64,000 bases of DNA, taken from contig NC_086108.1 in NCBI RefSeq assembly GCF_963921235.1, positions 42,410,001-42,474,000 on the forward strand. The letters run 5' to 3'. This DNA comes from Mobula hypostoma (lineage: Eukaryota). A program made the translations under genes and the position numbers. Numbering within the stretch: the stretch's first letter is position 1; each line of letters opens with the position of its first letter. Below are positions 39,514 to 53,801 of this stretch, in pieces. The notes beneath the pieces were generated by a model. It made no database searches and had not been told where the DNA came from. It saw only the letters and a program-made list of their open reading frames with translations.

Positions 39514-40932
39514 GTTAGTAGCTTTTACTGCCAGTTCAATGTGAATTGTTATGTTGCAAAAGTGTCATGTCAATTTACAAAAAGCAGAAAAGGAATGGAA
39601 TATTTATAGCTCTTCAACCAGTTTGTAGAGAAAAATACTCTTGGTGTAATAAATGACAATTGTTTTATGTAACTAAAAGTTAATTCAAGAACATAATTTA
39701 TCACTTAATTCTGCAAAACTATCTAAAATTTTATATTTGGAAACAAAATGAAAATGATGGGGAGTTGGTCATCTGCTTGAACCATGACCTCTCATATGGT
39801 CCATTCCTGCAATGATATTATGTTGAGAATCAGGAGGTGTGAAGTTTGTGTGTCGTTTCAAAGAAAGCATTGTAAATATGGAATTGTCCTTTGATGTTTA
39901 GCACATCAAATATCGAACCCCACAATAGGCCAGTGAGACCTTTCCACCAAAGGCATCTGCATAAGATGCCTTTTGTACCTTGTTTTGTTGAATAAAGCAG
40001 CTGCTTTATATCTGCCAGTACTTTTCTCCTATGACACTTAATTGGGACAGAAGACTTGCTGAACAGTTTCTAACTAGCATCAGTCACACGCACTTGTGTG
40101 GCCGTTAGACACTACATCATGGTTAGAGTGTACAGTTTTTAAATAGTGTCAAGTTGTGTGAGCTTGTGTTAGCTTATCAATTTGGGTTGCTGGGTGCCAA
40201 TTCAAAGAGGAGTCTAGGAGGTACAGTTTCCCATTGATAGCTGGCAAGAAATAAGTCAATTCAGAACTGTTTTACTCACTGCAGTTTCAAGCATTCAGGC
40301 TTGAAGGTGCTAAAAACGGCCAGGAGTGAAAATGAAATTATTACTACTATAAAAGTTAGGAACTATGAAGAATTTGAAGGTATCTTGAATGTTACAATGG
40401 AAGTGCAAATTATCCATTTTCTGCACTAGGTGTTTGCATTGGTTTTGTTCATTTACATACAATCAAAAGAACAGGACAGCATGTTCTAGATGAATTTCTC
40501 CATTGATTATTTCATTAGGAACTAATACACAGTTTCATAGTACTGTAGTAGTATTGGTAGTGTTCTAATATGTTCTGTATTTTAATTAAATACCTAATTT
40601 GTTAATCAGTTAAACAGTAGTTTGGCCTTTTTTTAAAAACACCTTTTAACTATTTCCAAGAAACTTTGGCTATTTGGGGCAGCCTCTTAATTGGGCCAAA
40701 ATATACTGGTCCCAATTTGTCTCAATTAACCAGAATCTACTGTACTTTTATTATTAGTGCAAGATAAAATCAGGGTATTGAGTTGGTATGTAATGTGAAT
40801 TTTGATTCGTATTGCAGGATACCAATTGTTATTACCTCTTTTGGTGTGTGATTTTTGCTCCATTTGCATTTTATTGTTAAAGCAAGATTGCTGTGGAAAA
40901 TGTAATAGGTGAATGTCTTTTTATTTAAACAG

Positions 40933-41043
40933 TTGGAAGAAATTAACAACGTACAATCAGCTGAAGCATCAGGAATCAGTTGCAATCCTGTTTTTAAAAG
41001 ATATCTCAATAAACTGCTGCTAGAGATTGAAAGATTAAATTTG
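40933..41043 (+). CDS. CLCC1: CLCC1 coding exon 3
   Basis: LEEINNVQSAEASGISCNPVFKRYLNKLLLEIERLNL; aacag| and |gtaagt. Confidence 0.93.
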
Positions 41044-41454
41044 GTAAGTATTCCAATAACAAAATACTTGGAATCTGTTTTATTTCATCATTACAGTACA
41101 TTATTCCAAGTAAGGTTAATACTCATTTGTTGTTGATTCAATACTGAGAATTTCAGGATTTAGTTTGCATTTCCTAGATGACAGCTAAAAATTGGAGTAA
41201 CTTTACAGTTTTCATGTCTGAGCTCCTCATTTTAGTTATTTGGAAACAGTTTTTAGGATTATGCAGCTGTTGCAGGTAGAGCAGGTTCTCATTAATCATT
41301 ATGAATAGAGCCTGGAAGAATGTCAATCAAAAATGATTGCAAATACTTCAGCAAAATTTTTTAAAACACTTATTCCTTAACTGTAAATGTGTCGTGGCAA
41401 CTCTCTGCAGAACCTGCAGTGAACACACTCATCATTCAGTAGCACTCACATAAA

Positions 41455-42575
41455 AACATAAAGAAATAAGAGCAGGAGTAGGCCATCTGACCTGTTAAGC
41501 CTGCTCCACCATTCCATAAGATCATGGCTGATCTGACCATGGACTCATCCCCACCTACCTGCCTTTTCCCCATAACCCTTAATTCCCCTACTATGCAAAA
41601 ATCTATCCAACGTTGTCTTAAGTATACTTACTGAGGTAGCCTCAAAAGCAGTAACTCATCATTTCCATCCTAAATTTACTCCCTCAAATCTTGAGGCTAT
41701 GTCCCTTAGTACTAGTCTCACCTACCAGTGCAAACAACTTTCCTGCCTGCTCTGTCTGTTACATAATTTTATATGTTCCTATAAGATCTCCTCTCATCCT
41801 TTTGAATTTCAGCAAGTACAGTCCCAGATGACTCAATCTCTCCTCATAGTCTAACCCCATCATCTCTGGAATCAACCTGGTGAATCTCCTCTGCACTGCC
41901 TGTACTCCAGATGCGGCCTCACCAGTATCCTGTACAGTTGCAGCATAACTTCCCTGCTCTTAACTTCAACCCCTTTAGCAATGAAGGCCAACGTTCCATT
42001 TGCCTTCTTGATAGCCTGCTGCACCTGCAAACCAACTTTTTGCGATTAATGCACAAGCGCTCCCAAGTCCTTTTGCACAGCAGCATGCTGCAATCTTTTA
42101 CCATTTAAATAATAATCTGTTCTTCCATTTTTCCTTCCAAAGTGGATGACCTCACATTTACCAACACTGTACTCCCATCTGCCAGACCCTTGCCCACTCA
42201 CTTAACCTATCTATATCTCTCTGCAGACTCTCCGTATCCTCTGCGCAGTTTTTTTTTCTCTCAATTTAGTATCGTCAGCAAACTTCAGATACAGTACACT
42301 TGGTCCCTCTTCCAAATCGTTAATGTATATCATGAACAGTTGTGGGCCCAGCACCAACCCCTGTGGCACACAGCTCACCACTGATTGTCAACCATAGAAA
42401 TACCCATGTATTCCAACACTCTGCTTTCTATTGGTTAACCAATCCTCTATCCATGCTAATACATCACCCCCAATTCAATGCACCTTATCTCATGGATAAG
42501 TCTTTTATGTGGCACCTTAACGAATGCCTTCTGGAAAGCCAAGTAAATAACTTCCACCTCTTCTCCTCTATCCAG
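41455..42575 (-). mobile_element. CR1 LINE fragment
   Basis: RT and C-terminal remnants, acataaaaacataaag tail; related to 44455-45940. Confidence 0.85.
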
Positions 42576-43820
42576 TGATGCAGTGCTTTGAGAGGTTAGT
42601 TATGACTAGAATAAACTGCCTCAGCAAGGACCTGGTCCCACTGCATTTTGCTTATTGCCACAATAGGTTTACAGTCGATGCAATCTCATTGGCTCTCCAC
42701 ACAGCCTTGGAGCATCTGGATAATACCTATGTCATGATGCTGTTTATTGACTACAGCTCATCATTTAACACCATCATTCCTACAATTCTGTTCAAAAAGC
42801 TTCAACACCTGGGCCTCTGTACCTCTCTCTGCAACTGGGTCCTTGAATTCCTAACCGGAAGACCACAATCTGTACAGCTTGGAAATAACACAATGAACAC
42901 TGGCGCATCTCAGGAATGTGTGTGGTCTGCTCTCTCTATACCCATAATTGTGTGGCTAGGCACAGCTCAGATTCCATCTATAAGTTTGCTGGCAGAACCA
43001 TAGTTGACAGAATCTCAGATGGTGACAAGAGGACATACAGGAGTAAGATATTCCACCTAGTTGAGTGGTGTCGTAGCAACAACCTTGCACTCGGTACCAG
43101 TAAGACCAAAGAACTGATTGTGGACTTCAGAAAGGGTAAGATGAAGGAACACACACTAGTCCTCTTAGAGGGATCAGAAGTGGAGAGAGTGAGAAATTTT
43201 AAGTTCCTGGGTGTCAAGATCTTGGACGACTTCACCTGGACCCAACATATTGATGCAGCTATAAAGAAGGCAAGACAGTGGCTATTATTCATTAGGAGTT
43301 TGAGGAGGTTTGGTACATCACCAACAACACCACAAGTTTCTACAGGTGTATCGTAGGGAGTATTCAAACTGGCTGCATCACCATCTGGTATGGGGGTGGG
43401 CGAGGTTACTGTACAGGATTGCAGTGAGCCGCAGAGTTGTAAAATTAGTCAGCTTCATCATCAGCCCTAGCCTCTGTAGTATCCAGGACACCTTGTAGGA
43501 GCAGTGCCTCAGAAAAGTGGCATCCATCATAGGAACCCCACCACCCATAACGTACCCCCTTCTCATTGCTCGCAACAGGAAGGAGTACAGAAGCCTGAAG
43601 GCACTAGGTCAATGATTCAGGAACAGCTTCTTCCCCTCTGGACATTGAACTCATGAACACTACCTCGCGACTTTTTTATTTCCTACTTTTTGCACTACTT
43701 ACTTAACCATTATTTACTGTAATTCACAGATTTTTCTCTCTGTTGTCATGTATTGTACTGCTGCTGCAGAGCTGACAAATTTCACGACATACACCAGTAT
43801 TATTAAATCTGATTCTGATT
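42576..43820 (+). mobile_element. Rex-Babar LINE RT fragment
   Basis: MQCFERLV...[14 protein letters not shown]...KTKELIVDFRK; tctgattctgat tail. Confidence 0.85.
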
Positions 43821-44454
43821 GTAAGCTACATTCCTAAAGCATTGAGGACAATTCAGCTGACATGTGAGTCTAACCTCTACCTTATATGGGCAAGCTAATT
43901 CTCAGTCCAAATGGCCAAGTCATCATCAGTCACGTGCATTTCCATGAGGGTGCAAGTAAGATAGCTGTGAGGAAATGGGAGAAAGGATGGATTACAGGAT
44001 GGTGTGTGGAAGTACCATGTGTATGGGTATATATACAATGAAAATTGGAGTTTTACAATAAAATTTACAATGATAAGTACAAGTGCATCTTAAAAGGTTT
44101 TAGTCTAACAAACGGACCAAGCTGCTGTGAAGTGTTGAGGAATTACAATCAAAATGTTATTGAATGCAGCATGCCTCCTTGCGAGTGACTTTGTGGTTTG
44201 CTATTACTGTAATTCCTCAGGACTTCCCAGCAGCTTGATCCAACTGTTATTCTAAAGCCTTGTAAGATGCACTTATACTAATCATTGTAACTTTTGTTAT
44301 TCCTGTAGTCGTGATCCATTGCTGATACTTTAAACAGAGTCACTGCAAGCTAATTGTCATAATTTCTTTCCCTTTTTTTCCTCTTGGTTTTGGCTTTCAG
44401 AATTTACCTGCAGCAACATTGAAGTGCAATTTGGATAAGAACAGCAAATGTTAC

Positions 44455-45940
44455 ATAAGAACATAAGAAATAGGAGCAGGAGTAGGCCATCCGGCCCATG
44501 GAGCCTGCCCCGTCATTCAATATCATGGCTGATCTGTCCGTAAACTCAGCTCCATCTACCTGCCTTTTCCCCATAACCCTTAATTCCCTTACTATGTAAA
44601 AACCTATCTAACTGTTTCTTAAATATATTTAGTGGAGAAGCCTCGACTGCTTTCCTGGGCAGAGAATTCCACAGATTCACCACTCTCTGGGGGAAAAATA
44701 GTTTCTCCTCATCTCCATCCTAAATATTCTCCCCTGAATCTTGAGGCAATGTCCCCTAGTTCTAGTCTCACCTACCAATGGAAACAACTTTCCTACTTCT
44801 ATCTTATCTATCCCTTTCAAAATTTGGTACATTTCCATAAGATCCCCTCTCATTCTTCTGAACTCAAGAGAGTATAGTCCCAGGCGACTCAATCTCTCCT
44901 CATAGGTTAACCCCTTCATCCCTGGAATCAACCTGGTGAACCTCCTCTGCACTGCCTCCAAAGCCACTATATCCTTCCTCAAGTAAGGAGACCAGAACTG
45001 CACACAGTACTCCAGGTGCAGCCTCGCCAGTACCCTGTATAGTTGCAGCATGACCTCCCTGCTCTTGAATTCAATCCCTCTAGCAATGAAGGCCAACATT
45101 CCATTTGCCTTCTTAATAACCTGTTGTACCTGCAAGCCAATTTTTTGTGATTCATGCACAAGCACTCGCAAGTCCCTCTGCACAACAGCATCCTGCAATC
45201 CTTCACCATTTAAATAATAATCAGCTCTTCTATTATTCCTTCCAAAGTGTATGATCTTGCATTTATCAACATTGTATTCCATCTGCTAGACCTTGACTCA
45301 CTCACTTAACCTATCTGTATCCCTCTGCACAATTTGCTTTTCCACTCAGTTTAGTGTCATCAGCAAATTTTGCTACGCGACGCTCAGTCCCCTCTTCCAA
45401 ATCGTCAATGTAAATGGTAAACAGCTGCGGGCCCAGCACCGACCCTGCAGCACCCCACTCATCACTGACTGCCAACTGGAGAAACACCCATTTATACCAA
45501 CTCTCTGCCTTCTATCGGTTAACCAATCCACTGTCCGTGCCAATACACTTCCTCTGACTCCATACATCTGTATCTTATTTATAAGTTTCTTGTGCAGCAC
45601 CTTATCGAACGTCTTCTGGAAATCCAAGTATACGACATCCACCTGTTCCCCTCTATCCACTGCACTCATTATGTCCTCAAAGAACTCCAGTTAGTTTGTC
45701 AAACAGGACCTGCCCTTTCTGAATCCATGCTGCGTGTGTCTAATGGAACCACTCCTTTCTAAATGTTTCGCTACTTCTTCCTTAATGACATCTTCAAGCA
45801 TTTTCCCGACTACAGATGTTAAGCTAACTGGCCTATAGTTGCTCGTCTTTTGCCTACCTCCTTTTTTAAAAAGTGGCGTGACATTTGCTGTCTTCCAATC
45901 TGCTGGGATCTGCCCAGAGTCTAGAGAGTTTTGATAAATT
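44455..45940 (-). mobile_element. CR1 LINE fragment
   Basis: VDVVYLDFQKTFDKV; HLEYCVQFWSPY; LEAVQRRFTRLIPG; (cataagaa)n tail. Confidence 0.9.
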
Positions 45941-46403
45941 TGGCCTAGCGGATGTTTTACTGCATAGTAGTGGGAGGAAGGGACATAAAACGGGATTCAG
46001 CGTTCTGTATTATTCAAGGTATTTATCATGTTGTAAGTAACTTGCATATTGCATGTTGTGTAGAGGAAGAAATAATTTTGGATTAGGAATAATGAACTAA
46101 ATATTGAGCCAAGGAAAGTTTATGGAAGTAGGGAGAATGATGTCAAGGTAGAACTGATTAATGACTTCCTGAGATTAAATGGGGACCTTCTTTAATCTGT
46201 CATTCAATTTCTCTCTGGTAGAGCAGAGGGAAATTGTTTCCATAAATCCTGGATCAGATATATTTTCCTCCACAAATTAATAAATATATCAGTATATCTT
46301 TATAAATTGAGTCACATTTTCATGTGAATTTTTTTCCATGCTTTCTAATATTGCTACAATTAAAATTTTAAAAATCCTTACATTTTTCATGTTTTCCCTT
46401 TAG

Positions 46404-46622
46404 CCTGATGATGAAAACGAAGTTCATTATGATGCAGAGGTTTATGTTACAAAGAACGATGTGAATGAGATAAAGATGTTTCTCAATGGTAAACCATGGA
46501 AGTCTGGTCCTATGGATGATGCACTTAGTAAACTTCTGATTAATTTTAAGCATCATGATCCTGAAGTTTGGAAATGGAAGTTTGAGAACTATTTTGGAGT
46601 GGATCTCTCGACAGTACTTCAG
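46404..46622 (+). CDS. CLCC1: CLCC1 coding exon 4
   Basis: PDDENEVHYDAEVYVTKNDVNEIKMFLNGKPWKSGPMDDALSKLLINFKHHDPEVWKWKFENYFGVDLSTVLQ. Confidence 0.95.
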
Positions 46623-47964
46623 GTGAGAAACTTTTTTTATTCGTATTAAAAATAACTGTGTTGAAATTTATTAGTTTATGAACCAAAAATATTTCATGAT
46701 CATGTGTTTTGTTATGATTTTGTATGAATTATTCATGAGTTGAACAGTGTTGAACATTGTTTTGCAGTCATACAAATATCGAGCATGGTCTAGTTGGTAA
46801 CTTTCTCACCTGAAGAAGGTGTAGGTTTGGATCCCACTCTTAAGACTCAGTAGTTCAATTTAATATCAGGGAATGTATACAGTATACTACCTGCAATTTT
46901 TACTTTTTGCAAACATCCACGAAACAAAGAATGAATGACAGAAAACATTAGAACCTTAAAGCCCCCTGCCCCCATGCATAGGCAGCAGCAAAACATCAAC
47001 CCTACCCTCTCCCCTACCCCCACTTGCTCCAGCAAAACCATCAACCTCCCACCAGCCACCATGCAAGCAATAGCAAAGCCCCCAGAGATTATCATCTAGA
47101 GTCTATCAAAGACTATTGACCATCCCAACACTTTGACATCTCAGATGGGCTGTCTCTCTCACTAGTAAAGTAGAGAGAGATATTGCTCCTGCAACAGTGA
47201 ACGGGGAGACCAACAGCCCTCTGTTTTGATGTTACAATCTGCAGCGTCGTTTGTCCAGGTTCCCCAACTCTAGGGCCGACAGACTCTCACTCACCATCGA
47301 GAGAGGGGTCACTTGAGTGCATGGGCTTCCTTTCCACTACAGCACACACCAGTTGCTGTCCTAATGTTTCCATCTCCCGCAACACTTCAGTTGCTGACAT
47401 CGACGAGGAACCAGGTTGTCCATGGGGCTGGACCCCGAAGGTGCTCATCTTCCAGGCTGCACCTTGAAATATTGAAACCCCAGGCCACTCAGCAAGTCTG
47501 AAAGCAAGAATCCACTGCCTGTGGGGAAAAGACGGAGTTTAAGCTGGAGCTGTAGATCACGGACTCCAACATGACCCCAGCCACTTTGAAAAGAAAAAAG
47601 AGACATGAGAGAAAAGAAAAAAGACTTGAGCACAACATTTCAAGCTCAATGCTCCAGTGCAGCTTCGAGGGAGTGCTGGAATCAGAAATAGTATCCTGTG
47701 GATTAGATGTTTTAAGACATTTGCATCTGTCATCTTAGTGTAATAAATCATGCTGTACTATTTTAAACTGAGCTGGGAAGTTATCCCTGTATACAAGCCA
47801 ATGTTTATAATATCACTACGTGTTCTGCTCTCTAATGCTACAATGGGTTATTTCATACTAAGTATACCTGTCTGGCTTTCAGTTGTGCAGTGAGCGCTAC
47901 TAATATATAACTGACTCCTGCTGAGGGCAAATCTCTCCCCAAAACACAACAGTAATGTAATCAA

Positions 47965-49890
47965 ATATTCAGATGCACACGATCCACGGTGACTTGGTCG
48001 TTTGGGTTCCGAATCTGATGACCCATAGAAGGTAGAGGGTAGTGATTGATAGGTCTTAGCCTGGATCGAGGTACGTGACTAATGCTGTTCTTCGAGAATC
48101 TATTCTGGACTGTCGGCTGTTTGTGACGCATACAAATGACTTGGATGAAAATATGGGTTGACAGATTAGTAATTTTACAGATGATGCAAAGGTTGGTGAC
48201 ACTGTGAATATTGAAGAAGGTTGCCAAAGGATACAGCAGATATAGCTCAATTGCAGATTTGGACAGAGAAGTAGCAAAGTACACAGTTAATGGCAGGTCC
48301 CTGAACAGAACTGATGTACCAAGGAACCTTAGGGTCCAAGTACATGGTTTTCTGAAAGTAGCTACACAAATTGATGGGTTGGTAAACATGGCATATTCAA
48401 CTTTATTAGTCAAGGCATTCAGTTCAGGAGTCAGGAAGTTGCGTTGCAGCTTTGTAAAACTCTGGGTAGGCCATATCAAGAGTATTGCATTTATTTCTGG
48501 TCACCCTATTATATGGAAGCTATGGAGAGAGTTCAGAAGAGGTTTACCAGAATGTTGCTTGGAATAGAGGGTAATACCAAAGAAAGCATCTGGTCTCGAT
48601 GGACTTCCTGGCCGAGGACTTGTGCCGACCAGTTGGCTGGTGTGTTCACGGATATCTACAATCTCTCACTCCAGCAGTGTGTGCTACCCACCTGCTTCAA
48701 TTGTACCGGTGCCCAAGAAGAACGTGGTAACCTGTCTAAATGACTATCGGCCAGTGCCACTTACATCCACAGTCATGAAGTGTTTTGAGAGGCTGGTGTT
48801 GAAGCACATCAGCTCCTGTCTGAATGGTGTCTTGGATCTGCTCCAATTCGCCTACCAAAGCAACAGGTCTACAGCAGATGTGTGTCTCTTCATACAACCC
48901 TAGAATATCTGGACAGCAAAGATACATACATCAGGATGTTCTTTAGTGATTACAGCTTGGCAGTTAACACCATCATCCCCTCAAGACTAATCAATAAACT
49001 CCAAGACCTGTGCCTCAATAACCCCTTGTGCAGTTGGATACTGGATTTCCTCACATGCAGATCCCAGCCAGTTTGAATTGGCAAAAACATCTCCTCCACA
49101 ATCTCCATCGGCAAATGAGCACCGCAAGGATGTGTACTTAGCCCTTGCTCTTCTCGCTTTACACCTATGACCATGTGGCTAAGTACAGCTCCAAGTTTGC
49201 TGACGATACCACTTGTGGGCTGAATCAAAGCGGGTGATGAATCAGCATATAGGAGGGAGATTGAAAACTTGTCTGAGTAGTGTAATAACAACCACTCACT
49301 CAATGTTACTAAGACCAAGGAACTGAGTGTTGAGAGGTGAGAGAAACCAGAGACCCATGAGCCTGTAATCATCAGAGGAGGAGAGGGTCAGTAACTTTAA
49401 ATTCCTCAGTGTCACTATCTCAGAGGATCTGTCCTGGACCCATCATATAAATATTATTGTGAGAAAGCACCACAACACCTCTACTTCCTCAGGACTCTGC
49501 GGAGGTTCAGAATGTCTTTGAAAACCTTGGCAAACTTCTACAGATGTGTGGTGGAAAATGTGCTGACTGGCTGCATTACAGCCCGGTATGGGAACACCAA
49601 TGCCTTTTGAGCAGAAGATCGTACAAAAGGTAGTTGCTTTGGCCCAGTACATCTGGATAAAACGCTCCCAACCATTGAGCACATCTATGTGAAAACGTTG
49701 CATAGAAAAACAGCATCCAAGATCAAAGATCCTCACGCCCCCAGGCCATGCTATTTATTTACATCTTCATTTGCACAGTTTGTTTACAGTAACTGTTCTA
49801 CAGATTTGCTAATGTATGACCACACAAAAAGAATTTCTGCATTGTATGTGGTGACACATATGTACTTTGATAATAAATTTTACTTTGAAC
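47965..49890 (+). mobile_element. CR1 remnant followed by Rex-Babar RT fragment (~48590-49890)
   Basis: IVPVPKK...[33 protein letters not shown]. Confidence 0.8.
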
Positions 49891-50089
49891 TACTCGGGAG
49901 AATGTATTTAGGGTGAGAAGAGGAAGGTTCAAAGATGTGTTGGGGGTAGTTCTTTTATACAAAGAGTGGTGAGTGCCTGAAAGGCTCTGGCAGAAGTGGT
50001 GGTGGAGGCAGATGTGATAGAAGTATCTATGAGGCTCCTGGATAGGCACAGAAATGTACAGAAAATGGAAGGATATGGAGTGGTCATAT

Positions 50090-52200
50090 CACAGCCTGCT
50101 ATGGAAACTTTGACGCTCAGGAATGGAAGACACTGTACTTGCTGTTTGGGCTGAAAAATGCATTGCAGACTTTCCAATGACTGATGGACTGTATATTAAA
50201 AGACTTAAGATTTTCTTTTTGTTTACCTGGATGACATACTCATCGCCAGTGCATCCAAGTCTGAACACCTATCTCATCTCTGCACACTGTTCAAGCGGTT
50301 AAGTCGACAAGAGTTAATTATTAACCCTGCTAAATGCCAGTTTGGGTTGTCGACCATTGACCTTCTCGGCCATCGCATCTCCACAGAAGGTGCGAAACCA
50401 CTCCCATCAAAAGTATCCATTATTATGGATTTCCCACCACCCCGCACTACAAAGACAAACGCAGCGGTTTTTCGTTACGGTGAATTTCTATCACCGCTTC
50501 ATTCTGCGAGCTGCTGAACTTTTAGTGCCCTGAAAGGCAATATCCCTATCAACTGCTTGACTGGTCAGCAGACGTGACCAGGGCATTTGATGATTCCAAA
50601 TGAGCTCTTTCTAATGTGACCCTACTGGGGCACCCACTCCCCACCACACCTATAGCCATCACTACTGATATCTCAGACTGTGCTGTGGGTACTGTGCACG
50701 AACAATTGGTCAGAGATGTGTGGCAGCTGCTCGCCTTCTTCAGCCACCAGCTTCAACCCCCCGAAAACAAGTACAGCCCGTTTGACCGTGAGCTTCGCAG
50801 TCTCCATCTGGCTGTCTGCTGTTTTTGTTTTCTTCTAGAAGATCACCAGTTCACAGCGTTCATTGACCACAAACCCCTCGTGCACACGATGACCAAAATA
50901 TCAGACCCTTGGTCCGCACAGCCGTAATGCCACCTGGCCTAAATATCTGAGTTCACAATGTAGCTAGGGGAAAAATACTGCTGTGGCTGATCAGCTGTCA
51001 CGGCCAGCCGTTGAGGTCATACACATAGGGGTTGACTGTGCCAACATGGCAGCTGACCAATCTGCTGACCCAGAGGTCCACGCTTATTAAACAGCAGTCA
51101 CGGGCCTGTAGTTGCCTGACATTAAGTTCAGGGTAGTTGGGGTTTCTCTCCTGTGCGATGTCTCAACCAGTTGCCCTCACCCCATCGTGTCTTCAGACTG
51201 GAGGTGGACTGTTTTTGATTCCGTACATGGTCTCTTACAGTTTCACAGAAACTGGTTGCACTAAAGTTTGCATGGCACGGCCTTTGAAAGGATATGCGTG
51301 ATTGAACTGTAGCCTGTGTGGAGTGCCAGTGGGCAAAAATTAACCATCATGTCCTGGCACCATTGGCAACTTTTAGGGTCCCTGTGCGATGGCTTGACCA
51401 TGTCATTGTGGACCTTCTTGGTCCTCTCCCACCACCCCCCCCTTACCATGGTGGACCATACCACTAGGTGGCCAGAGGTTATCCCCCCAACATTGACAAC
51501 GGCCGCAGACGTGGCTCTGGTGTTCATCAACACCTGGATTGCTCTGTTTGGCACCCCATCTGGTATTTCCTCTGACCACAGTCCCCAATTCATGTCAGAC
51601 CTTTGGGCTGTAATGGCCCAGAACTCGGCGTTGCTACATCATACCATGGTACATCACTAGCTGTTCCAATGGCTTATGTGAGCAGTTTCATCGCTCCTTA
51701 AAAGTTGCTCTGAGGGCTTCCCAGACCGATGAGTGTTGGCATGATAATCTCCCAAGTCCAAAAGAGGACCTACAGTCATCTGTGGCTGAGTGGATATGCA
51801 GACAGTCGTTACAAGTGCCGGGTGATTTCACTCCTGACACCACGACTGCTTGGGCAGCCTCTCAACAGCATTCCACACTCCTCTGTCAATTCAATTCCTT
51901 TTTGCCTATTCCTACCACCCATCATGGTGTAAAGCACTCCTGGGTTCCCGTTGACCTACATTCTGCGTCGTTTTGTTTTCATCTGCCATGATGCACAGAA
52001 ACATTCCCTTATAATGGCCCAATCCACATTTTGGTACAGGGAGAAGAGTCACCATAGATAAGAGGGGGTAAACCTGAACAAATTTTGGCAGTTTGCCTTA
52101 AACTGCCACTGAGATTTGGAGGATTCTGCTACCGTCCCCCAGCGATGCAACATGACCATGAGTGTGTCAACACACCTCTGGACGAGCCAGAGGCACCTGC
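50090..52200 (+). mobile_element. Degenerate Gypsy/Ty3 pol remnant (RT, RNase H, integrase)
   Basis: FGLKNA.QTFQ, FVYLDDILIAS, TTDISDCAVG..YSPFDREL..DHKPLV, TMVDHTTRWPEV..WIALFGTP..ISSD; stops and frameshifts; no LTRs recognised. Confidence 0.85.
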
Positions 52201-52854
52201 TGATCCTCCACCTGTGGAATGGGCTGCCAGCAACTGTGGAGGAGGCGGATACGATAGGGTCTTTTAAGAGACTTTTGGTTAGGTACATGGAGCTTAGAAA
52301 AATAGAGGGCTATGGGGAAGTCTAGTAATCTCTAAGGTAGGGACATGTTTGGCATAATTTTGTGGGCCGAAGGGGCTGTATTGTGCTGTAGGTTTTCTAT
52401 GTTTCTAAATTAATACCTCTAAGAAACCAATAACCTGTGTCTGTCTTGGTGTACTATCTCATCTGATGGATTACCATCAATAATGCAGTGTATTCTTCAT
52501 AGAATTGTTAGTTATTGTGATTGTGCAAAGGGATTTTTTTTTATCAATGATCTTACTGAACTAAGCTGGAAATCAAGGTTATGCACAAACTAGCACAAGC
52601 CACTGTAATGACAGCACAGCCATGAGTTGCATAGCTTCAAAGCAACGCTCATTTAATCTGCTTTTGCACCTCTTTCTAGTTCCATTTCATCCTGATTTCC
52701 ATGCTTTCTATGATCCATGTTGTTAAGTGAATGAAGTCACCAGAGAGAAGTACAGATAGATACGAAGCAGTCTCTTTATTCAACAAAATATCACAAATAA
52801 GCTGACAGCCTTTGGAGTCACGAGAGAAAGAGGAGACTCTGCTTGACCCAACAC

Positions 52855-53240
52855 TAAAGACCAAAGACTAATTCAGGATAATTCCAACAAGTCCATATTT
52901 CCTTTGAACTACATGTCATAGGAAGTCATTCCTGCCTGTGGCCATCAAACTTTACAACTCCTTTCTTGGAGGCTCAGACACCCTGAGCCAATAGGCTGGT
53001 CCTGGACTTATTTCCTGGTATAATTTACATATTACTATTTAACTATTTATGGTTTTATTACTATTTATTATTTATGGTGCAACCATAACGGAAACCAATT
53101 TCCCCCGGGATCAATAAAGTATGACTATGACTAATTATTTATGGTTTTATATTGCTATATTTATACTCTATTCTTGGTTGGGGCAACTGTAATGAAAATC
53201 AATTTCCCTCAGGATCAATAAAGTATGACTATGACTATGT
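52855..53240 (+). mobile_element. Two tandem Rex-Babar-like 3' ends
   Basis: caatttccc..ggatcaataaagtatgactatgact occurs twice (~53095-53132 and ~53200-53239). Confidence 0.65.
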
Positions 53241-53672
53241 AACAGTTTCAAATGCCTGGTTCTTCCCACCAGCACGCCTCCCCCTTTGCACCAACACACC
53301 TCCCTCTTTGCACCTATGTTACACACATCCAAATACACACAAGTAATGAATTTAAATCAGCATGCCTGTTCTGCCAATTAACTTGGTTCATGGTTCTTAG
53401 GAGCCCCTTGTTCAGAGCTGCATTTTAAATTTAATCCATAATTCATATTTGAGTCTGAAGGCTAGTAGGTGAAGTCAGCTGAAGTTATTTGCTACGTGTG
53501 TTAATCTGAAAAATTGCTCTATCAATTGAGTGTCATCAAAGGATAGGAAATATCCTTGTAATCTCTCAGTTAAATGTGTTATTATTAAGTGAAAGTGAAG
53601 TTAAATGTGCTGTACATTAACTGGAATTACTGGTTTTGATTGTGAGTGACCTTTTTTGCCTTTTCTTTCCAG

Positions 53673-53801
53673 CTCCTGATCTGCATACTTGGTATTATTG
53701 CAATTGTTCATCTGGCATGGGCATCTTTGAAACGACCCTGTCATTTCATATTATTCTGCTTTTTGATTAGTTTTGGGTGGAACTGGGTGTTTTTGTATAA
53801 G
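53673..53801 (+). CDS. CLCC1: CLCC1 coding exon 5 (transmembrane segments)
   Basis: Long pyrimidine tract + ccag|; LLICILGIIAIVHLAWASLKRPCHFILFCFLISFGWNWVFLYK; AAG|gtatgg. Confidence 0.92.

Noticed and set aside
40030..40742. Possible Tigger-like element ending ccagaatctactg|ta
   Set aside because: Only one terminus is recognisable, so boundaries cannot be supported
50090..52200. Endogenous retrovirus or active LTR element
   Set aside because: Gypsy-type domain order with many stops and frameshifts; no gag, env or LTRs recognised
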